Source: Acidimicrobiales bacterium
GTDB lineage: Bacteria > Actinomycetota > Acidimicrobiia > Acidimicrobiales > Ilumatobacteraceae
Reading direction: 5' to 3'
Assembly: GCA_046081125.1 (NCBI GenBank)
Contig: JBJTVH010000040.1
Span: 109 to 64,108 of the forward strand
DNA: 64,000 bases
Under the pieces are notes generated by a model, which did no database searches, was not told the DNA's origin, and was given only the letters and a program-made list of their open reading frames with translations. The translations under genes were made by a program, and so were the position numbers. Below are positions 28,162-34,252 of this stretch, piece after piece. Within the stretch, counting starts at the first letter, position 1. Each line of letters starts with the position of its first letter.

Positions 28162-28839
28162 TCAGCTCCCCGAGGGCACGACGAGGCGGCGGCCGGGCCG
28201 GACGCGCAACGGATCGTCGATGTCGTTGGCCCGGGCGATCTCCCGCCATCGGGTCGGGGTGCCGAGCAGTCGGGTGGCGACATGGGCGAGCCGTTCGCCA
28301 CCGTCGAGCTGATGCAGGGCCATCGCCTCGATCGCCCCCGAGGTGGGGTTCTGGCGCGGCGGAACGACGGCCAGCACCTCCTCGAGCGTGAGGGTCACCA
28401 CGGCGCGAATCGCCTGACCCGACGACGCGAACCGGGTGTACTTCACCGCAACGGTCTTCACCGTTGCGCAGTGGACGTAATCGGTGCCGCCCCAGGAGAA
28501 CTTGGCATACGGCGCGACCGGCTTGTTCTGGTCGCCCCCCTTGATCGGCATGACCGCGGCCATCAGCTTCGCCGCCACCTCGACGACCGCCGGGGCGTCC
28601 TTGCCGTCCTCGGACCGGTCGAGGAACATCTCGATGGTGATGGTGCCGCCCTTGGCGCCGTTGTACTCCGGCGGCGCCGGCGTCTTGCCGTTCTTCGGCT
28701 TCCACTCGGCCGAGCGCTGCACGGTGAACTCCTTCGGGTTGAAGGAGAACTCGAACTTTGCGATCTCGTCGCCGAGTCCCCGGCCGCCGTTGGCCGGCTT
28801 GTGCAACGTGAGGGAGGCCTTCGCCAGCTTGCCGTCCAT
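28162..28839 (-). CDS. tube-initiator-like protein with C-terminal LysM (Afp7 / P2 gpX-like)
   Basis: 225 aa. C-terminal LysM: HQLDGGERLAHVATRLLGTPTRWREIARANDIDDPLRVRPGRRLVVP. Confidence 0.85.
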   Translation of the reverse strand: MDGKLAKASLTLHKPANGGRGLGDEIAKFEFSFNPKEFTVQRSAEWKPKNGKTPAPPEYNGAKGGTITIEMFLDRSEDGKDAPAVVEVAAKLMAAVMPIKGGDQNKPVAPYAKFSWGGTDYVHCATVKTVAVKYTRFASSGQAIRAVVTLTLEEVLAVVPPRQNPTSGAIEAMALHQLDGGERLAHVATRLLGTPTRWREIARANDIDDPLRVRPGRRLVVPSGS

Positions 28840-28843
28840 CGCC

Positions 28844-29281
28844 TCAGAACCCCTTGTCCTCGTACTCGAACCCGTGGTGGGCCAACTCCAGGGTTTCGGT
28901 CGCCACCTTCGCCGACTCCGCGTTGAACGACGGGCCCGTCCAGCGCACCGGGATCACCCCGGTGAGACTCCACGAGGCCAGGTCGCGACCCTCGGCGTCC
29001 TTGGCCGTGATGCGACCGGTCTTGCGGGTGACCTTGCCCCCCATCGACGAGAACCACTTGGCGACCTTGGCGCTCGAACGGTCGAGCGGTCGGGTGAGCT
29101 TGATGTTCGTGTACTTCACGCGCACCGGGAGCTGGTGGACGAAGGTGTTGTTGCCACCCTCCTCGCGCTGCTCGACCACGACCTCGGCCCCGAGGCCGTC
29201 GCACTGGGTGAACGCGCCGAGTTCAACGCCGTCGATCTCGACGCTGAAGTAGAGCTGGATTCCCGGATCGCCGTCGGCCAT
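28844..29281 (-). CDS. phage tail tube protein (T4 gp19-like; Afp5-like paralogue)
   Basis: 145 aa. F.VEIDGV..G.F..C.GL..E.....EGG.N.....LP.R.KY.NI.L.R... is the pattern of eCIS tube proteins. Confidence 0.9.
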   Translation of the reverse strand: MADGDPGIQLYFSVEIDGVELGAFTQCDGLGAEVVVEQREEGGNNTFVHQLPVRVKYTNIKLTRPLDRSSAKVAKWFSSMGGKVTRKTGRITAKDAEGRDLASWSLTGVIPVRWTGPSFNAESAKVATETLELAHHGFEYEDKGF

Positions 29282-29291
29282 CGATCTCCCC

Positions 29292-31514
29292 CTACCGCCG
29301 GGTCCGCGTCAGCGAGCCGGCCCGCTCCCGGTCATGGCGCAGTTCCTGCTTGAGCAGCAGCCGCATGCGCCCGTAGAGGCGCTTGGCCAATTCGTCGAGT
29401 TCCGCTCCCGACGCAGCGGCGGCCCCGCTGCTCGCCCCGGATCCTCCGGCCGTCGCCGCGCCCCCGCCCGGTCCCCCGTCGGCCTCCCGCTGGACCGGTT
29501 CGTCGTCGGCCGGGGCGTCGAACACGACAGAGCCATCGGCGTGACGTTGCGCCACTCCCGAGGCCACGGCGACGGCACCGGCATCGACCCACGACCCGGA
29601 ATCGGGCGCCGCAGGCGTCGACCCGCCTCGCCAGTCGAGCGAGGCTGCGTTTGCGCGTGCGACCGGCGCGCCGGACAGGACGGCACGCTGCACGGACGGT
29701 CGGTCCGGCGTCGAGGTCGGCGACGCACCTCCAAGCGAACTGGACATGGCGCCCGAGGACGCCGCCGCGGGTGCCACGCCATCGGCAGCCGGCACGGGCC
29801 GCACGCTCGATGCCACCGGCCGATCACCGAGCAGCGCCGCCGTCAGCGGACTATCGCTCGCCATGCGCTGCAACGGCCCTGCTGGCTCGATCGCGTCGAG
29901 CACGGCATCGGCGCTCGACGCCGCCGGGTTCGCCTCCGGCATTGCGTGGCGCTGGACGGGCAGCGGGGCTGCGACCGGGCTCGTCCCCTCGGTGGGCCCG
30001 TCGAATATTGCGCCGGAGAGTGGCGAGCCCGCCCCTGCGGGCGCCTGCGGCCGACGGTCACCGAGCAGCGGGGCGACGGTCGCCGATTCGGCGGTCGTGC
30101 CCGGCTCGCCGGACACGATTGTCGGCCCGGACACGATTGTCGGCCCGGACTCGACCGACGTCCCCGGTACCTCCACTGCGCCGGCAAGATCCGCAACGCC
30201 TCGGGCGGTCGGTGTCCCAGGTGCCGGTAGCCCAGGTGCCGGGGGTACCGATGGCAACGGTGCGCCGAGACCGACCCGACGCGTCGGAACAACCGCCGCC
30301 CCCTCGGTACGTCGCTGCACCACCGGCCCGGCACCGCTTAGGTCGGGCCCCGCCGTCGACGAACCACCAGACCCCGACCGGACCGGCAACGACCCAGCAC
30401 CGAGCACCGGTGCAACCGAGGTCGCGTCCGAACCCGACGCAGGCCCCGCAGCACCGGCGCCGATCAGCGAGCCCGGGATCGGCGCCGGGTCCTGCGCCGG
30501 ACCCGACGATCCCCCGCTGCCCGACGATCCGTCGGCGGCACGACTCACGACCGGTCCGCCCAGGCCGGGGCGACGTGCCGCCGAAGCAGGCGACTCGACC
30601 GGACCCACGCGAGGCGGGGCGCCGGCATCACCCGACCCGTGCTCAGGCGCATCACCTGATGCGCGACCGGCCCCGACGAGCGGCGCCACCGCCGCGGGGT
30701 CATCACCGGCCCCGACGAGCGACGCCGGTTCGCCTGATCCGTCGCCCAGCGGATCGACCGGTAGCTCGACGGGGAGCAAGGCCGATGGCACGGCCGAGCC
30801 GTCGGCTGCCGCTTCGGTCACGGCGCGGCGCTGTACCGACGGCGTCGGGCCCTCCGAGGCCCGAGCCGGAGCCGGCTCGGCCGGCGGCGACACCACGGAC
30901 CCCGTCGGCAGCGCCAGGTCGTCACGGGAGTCGAGACGATCAGCCCAAGCGGACGCCGGCCCTTGCAGCCCAAGGGACGCTGCGTCGGGCACCGTGGCGG
31001 GTTCTGCTGACACCGGCGACGGCTCGGCCGGCGTCGGTTCGCGCACGGCCGTCACCGGCACGGAACGACTCGGCATGGCGACGACCGGCGCAGGACGACG
31101 AGGGCCGTCCAGCGCAACCACGCGCTGGACGGGCGGTCCCGCCGACGGCCCAGGTGCAGCGCTCTGACCCACGTTTCGCCCCTGCGCGACGCGTGCCTCG
31201 GCATCGCGATGCGCCCGGGCGAGCACGAGACCGGCCGGGGCGTCGCTCGACACGGCGTGATCGAGTTGGCGCAACACCAGCGGCGACTGCCACGAGGCCA
31301 AGGACCGGTCGAATCGCCGGTGGACCACCGGCTCGATCGGTGACACCACCGCCGGCATGGCCGGCAGGGTCGTCCAGTCGGCACGCACGGCGCCGCCGAG
31401 CGGCGAGCCCTCGTGCGTGCCGGCGGGCGACCGATCCTGGTCCGGCTGCTCGGCGGCCGGCGAGGCGCCGTCCGCGGCGCCGGTTCGCGCCCGCAACCAG
31501 TCGAACAGGCCCAT
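29292..31514 (-). CDS. Pro/Ala/Gly/Ser-rich low-complexity protein in the tape-measure position
   Basis: 740 aa; ATG 31514. Eight [V/L/A]QR motifs and six L[LVI]G[AD][GR] motifs are spread through a low-complexity body. The charged helical C-terminus is ELDELAKRLYGRMRLLLKQELRHDRERAGSLTRTRR. It lies between the chaperone-like genes and tube2/LysM/VgrG. Confidence 0.7.
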   Translation of the reverse strand: MGLFDWLRARTGAADGASPAAEQPDQDRSPAGTHEGSPLGGAVRADWTTLPAMPAVVSPIEPVVHRRFDRSLASWQSPLVLRQLDHAVSSDAPAGLVLARAHRDAEARVAQGRNVGQSAAPGPSAGPPVQRVVALDGPRRPAPVVAMPSRSVPVTAVREPTPAEPSPVSAEPATVPDAASLGLQGPASAWADRLDSRDDLALPTGSVVSPPAEPAPARASEGPTPSVQRRAVTEAAADGSAVPSALLPVELPVDPLGDGSGEPASLVGAGDDPAAVAPLVGAGRASGDAPEHGSGDAGAPPRVGPVESPASAARRPGLGGPVVSRAADGSSGSGGSSGPAQDPAPIPGSLIGAGAAGPASGSDATSVAPVLGAGSLPVRSGSGGSSTAGPDLSGAGPVVQRRTEGAAVVPTRRVGLGAPLPSVPPAPGLPAPGTPTARGVADLAGAVEVPGTSVESGPTIVSGPTIVSGEPGTTAESATVAPLLGDRRPQAPAGAGSPLSGAIFDGPTEGTSPVAAPLPVQRHAMPEANPAASSADAVLDAIEPAGPLQRMASDSPLTAALLGDRPVASSVRPVPAADGVAPAAASSGAMSSSLGGASPTSTPDRPSVQRAVLSGAPVARANAASLDWRGGSTPAAPDSGSWVDAGAVAVASGVAQRHADGSVVFDAPADDEPVQREADGGPGGGAATAGGSGASSGAAAASGAELDELAKRLYGRMRLLLKQELRHDRERAGSLTRTRR

Positions 31515-31517
31515 GGC

Positions 31518-31664
31518 TCAACGACCTTGGGCGAGTCGCTCCGCCTCGGCCACGAACCGGCGCCGCAGCGGGTGTTCGAGGTCGAGGATGTCGTCGAGCG
31601 GCCAGTGGTAGTGGAAGGCGAGGAACGCCGCTTCCCGGTAGAGCCGGTCCGAGGCGTTCCTCAC
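31518..31664 (-). CDS. small conserved-looking CIS ORF (48 codons), absent from the ORF track
   Basis: GTG 31664 overlaps the upstream stop (GTGA). It translates VRNASDRLYREAAFLAFHYHWPLDDILDLEHPLRRRFVAEAERLAQGR. TGA at 31520..31518 lies 3 nt before the ATG of the next gene. The composition is protein-like and not Arg/Pro noise. It resembles short proteins I recall from actinobacterial CIS loci (possibly DUF6760, unverified). Confidence 0.55.
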   Translation of the reverse strand: MRNASDRLYREAAFLAFHYHWPLDDILDLEHPLRRRFVAEAERLAQGR

Positions 31665-32122
31665 GGTTCCCCCAGGCGACCACCGGCCAGGTCGACCGTC
31701 AACTCGTGCTTGCAGGCGGGGCAGACCACCCGGGCCCGCGTGTGGCCCTCGGTGTTGATGCGGCGGTAAAGGTCCTGCAGGAAGGCCAGATCGGTGGCGA
31801 AGAGCCCTTCGATCGTCCCGGCGTGGACGTCGGTGATGGTCCCGAGCCGTTCGATGACCCGGGCGAGCAACACGACGGTCAGATAGGCGGGATTCTCGCG
31901 GACCCGGTCGTCGAGCAGGGGCACCAACTCGTCGCGGGCGGTGGCCAGACGCATCACCCCGTCCCGGTGGAGGCGCCCGCCGCTGTCCACGTACCCGCGC
32001 GGCAGCACGAACGTGAACTCCGTACGCAGCTCGTAAGGCTCCTCGCGCGGCGCCGGTGCCGTCGGCGAACCCTCCTCGGGCCCGTCGGCACCACCGGACG
32101 CAGACGCGAAGGACCGCCGCAT
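31661..32122 (-). CDS. tail-assembly-chaperone-like protein with C-terminal CxxC (Afp6-position)
   Basis: ATG 32122 shares one nucleotide with the tube1 stop (TGATG). 153 aa: ...YELRTEFTFVLPRGYVD..G.LHRDGVMRLATARDEL...NPAYLTVVLLARVIERLG...VVCPACKHELTVDL. It occupies the P2 gpE position. Confidence 0.65.
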   Translation of the reverse strand: MRRSFASASGGADGPEEGSPTAPAPREEPYELRTEFTFVLPRGYVDSGGRLHRDGVMRLATARDELVPLLDDRVRENPAYLTVVLLARVIERLGTITDVHAGTIEGLFATDLAFLQDLYRRINTEGHTRARVVCPACKHELTVDLAGGRLGEP

Positions 32123-32565
32123 CACTCGGGCTGCAGGGCTTCGTACGTGATCACGAGCTTCTCGGTGACCACGCTGGTGTCGCCAGCCTTCAGCGTGCCG
32201 AGCTCGAGGCTCTTGGGCCATGCAGCCGTCAGCTTGTACCGCTTGATCGCCACGCCCTCGTAGTCGTACACGATGATCGATCCGCCCTTGCGGGCGTCGT
32301 TCATCTTCCCGAAGTGGGCGGCCTTGATCCACTTCTCGAAGCTGCTGTCCGACGTGAGGGCCCGGGTGAGCGTGACCTCGCCGGCCTTGGGTCGGCCGGG
32401 GAGCTTCTTGTTGATGAACTTGCCGTCGGGCGAGTTGGCCTTCATCTCGATCGTGTCCTGCTCGATCTTGAGGCCGCTCACCTCCTGGATGTGCTTGATC
32501 ACGATGCCGTCGATCTCCAGACCGAAGGAGTGGCCGACGGCGCCGTCGAGATCAGGGAGCGCCAT
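32122..32565 (-). CDS. phage tail tube protein (T4 gp19-like; Afp1-like)
   Basis: 147 aa. GHSFGLEIDGIVIKHIQEVSGLKIEQDTIEMK...GEVTLTRALT.D..F.KWI matches the eCIS inner-tube family. Confidence 0.9.
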   Translation of the reverse strand: MALPDLDGAVGHSFGLEIDGIVIKHIQEVSGLKIEQDTIEMKANSPDGKFINKKLPGRPKAGEVTLTRALTSDSSFEKWIKAAHFGKMNDARKGGSIIVYDYEGVAIKRYKLTAAWPKSLELGTLKAGDTSVVTEKLVITYEALQPE

Positions 32566-32604
32566 GATTGATCACCTCGAAGTCGTTGTGGGCGTGTATC
32601 GGCG

Positions 32605-34128
32605 TCACTCGGCGAGCGCGGCGCCGCCGGAGAACTGGGACAGGCGGAAGATCACGAACTCCGCCGGCTTGACCGGCGCCACGCCGATCTCGCAGATGAG
32701 CTGGCCGAGGTCGACCGACTCCGGCGGGTTCGTCTCCCGGTCGCACTTCACGAAGAAGGCCTCGTCGGGCGTGAGGCCGAACAACGCGCCCTTGCGCCAC
32801 TCATTGGTGAGGAACGCCGAGATGGTGCGCCGCACCCGGGCCCACAGCGCATCGTCGTTCGGCTCGAACACCACCCACTGGGTGCCGTTGAGGATCGACT
32901 CCTCGAGGTAGTTGAACAAGCGCCGCACGTTCAGGTAGCGCCACTCGGGATCGCTCGACAGCGTGCGCGCACCCCACACCCGGATCCCCCGACCGGGGAA
33001 CGACCGGATGCAGTTCACCCCGATCGGGTTCAACAGTTCCTGCTCGCGCGACGTGAGGCTGCAGGCGAGGTCGACCACACCGCGCACCACCTCGTTGGCC
33101 GGCGCCTTGTGCACCCCCCGGGTGTCGTCGTTGCGACCCCAGATCCCGGCCACGTGGCCCGACGGCGGCACGAAGACGTTGGCGTTCACGGCCGGGTCGT
33201 ACACCTTGATCCAGGGCCAGTAGAGCGCGGCGTACTTCGAGTCGTACCCGGCGACGTCGGTGCGCCAGTTGGCGACCTTCTGCGGGTTTAGATCGGGCGG
33301 CGGGTCGAGGACCGCCACCCGGTCGCCCATCAGCTCGCAGTGGGCGATCATCGCCAACTGCACGGCCTTGACCCCTTCGAGCGTGAGCAGACCCTTCTGG
33401 TAGGCCGCCATCACGTCGGGGACGCACACCATCGTGATCTCGTCGATCGCCTCGAGGCCACCGAAGCCGGTGCGGTCCGCCGCGTCGCCGATGTAGTCCG
33501 ACGGATCGAGCTTGGCCGGGGTGGCCGAGGCCGCACCCCCGGCAAGGGCGACGGTGCCGTTGGCCGGCCGGATGGCGGGTGCACCGGCCACCTCCGCGAG
33601 TTCGATCAGCTGGCTCGCGCTCTTCAGCACGGTGACCGCGCTCTGCTTGCCCCGACCGCTGGTGAGGTTGTCGTGCTCCTCCACGACGCGGCCGTCGCGC
33701 TTGACCACGAGCTTGAAGGCCTCCTCGCCCCCCTCGCTCGCATCGGTGACCTCGACGCTCAGGCCGTCGCCGGTGGGACCGGCCTCCAGCGCCCGCACCG
33801 AGTAGCGGGCCTTGCTCCCGTCGCCGAGCGCACCGAGGATCCCCTGAGCATTCGGGGCGGCACCACCCGCTCCGACCCGGACCACGAAGCAGTTGCCGCC
33901 ACCGTTGAGGAAGTAGCCGTAGACGGCGTGGGCCAGGTAGCCGTCACCGGTGAAGTCGCCGAAGGTGTCGACGAACTGCTTCCAGTTCGACACCAGGGTG
34001 GGGGTGTTGGCCGGGCCCCGGGCGGCAAGGCCGACGAAGGCCGCCACCGCCGTGCCGACGCCCTCGATGGGCGCCGAGCCGGACGGCTTTTCCTCCACGT
34101 ACACACCGGGCGAGAGATAGGTAGGCAT
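32605..34128 (-). CDS. contractile tail sheath protein (Afp2/3-like)
   Basis: 507 aa. Hallmark N-terminus MPTYLSPGVYVEE. Conserved C-terminal sheath domain (...VNCIRSFPGRGIRVWGARTLS.DPEWRYLNVRRL...). Confidence 0.95.
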   Translation of the reverse strand: MPTYLSPGVYVEEKPSGSAPIEGVGTAVAAFVGLAARGPANTPTLVSNWKQFVDTFGDFTGDGYLAHAVYGYFLNGGGNCFVVRVGAGGAAPNAQGILGALGDGSKARYSVRALEAGPTGDGLSVEVTDASEGGEEAFKLVVKRDGRVVEEHDNLTSGRGKQSAVTVLKSASQLIELAEVAGAPAIRPANGTVALAGGAASATPAKLDPSDYIGDAADRTGFGGLEAIDEITMVCVPDVMAAYQKGLLTLEGVKAVQLAMIAHCELMGDRVAVLDPPPDLNPQKVANWRTDVAGYDSKYAALYWPWIKVYDPAVNANVFVPPSGHVAGIWGRNDDTRGVHKAPANEVVRGVVDLACSLTSREQELLNPIGVNCIRSFPGRGIRVWGARTLSSDPEWRYLNVRRLFNYLEESILNGTQWVVFEPNDDALWARVRRTISAFLTNEWRKGALFGLTPDEAFFVKCDRETNPPESVDLGQLICEIGVAPVKPAEFVIFRLSQFSGGAALAE

Positions 34129-34252
34129 GAACCCCCCACGAGGACACGAGACTCCGGGCAGGCTCGCGGCCCATCGGGTTCACGACAACGGTTCGGGGGA
34201 CGGGCACAGGGGAAGGCACCGGTGCCCGTTCGGGCAACCGGTCCGTGCGACG

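Larger units (their letters stand above)
16379..34128. other. contractile injection system (phage-tail-like, Afp/PVC/CIS-type) gene cluster: two convergent operons
   Basis: A contiguous set of sheath, two tube paralogues, LysM protein, VgrG-like spike, gp25, baseplate J, gpI-like protein, PAAR-like DUF4280, DUF4255 cap and AAA+ ATPase genes. No capsid, portal, terminase or lysis genes are visible. See the individual CDS entries. Confidence 0.85.

Noticed and set aside
29651-32263. An 870-aa ORF on the plus strand. Other long antisense ORFs include 4395..5852, 17943..20057, 20442..22097, 22308..23852, 24100..26040, 34127..35809, 44707..46134, 47961..50246, 49378..51540, 56595..58721 and 58714..60777.
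   Set aside because: Each lies antisense to, or out of frame with, a gene that has clear family motifs. Their translations are Arg/Pro/Gly/Ala-rich with no recognisable domains. These are classic shadow ORFs in about 70% G+C DNA, where stop codons are rare.
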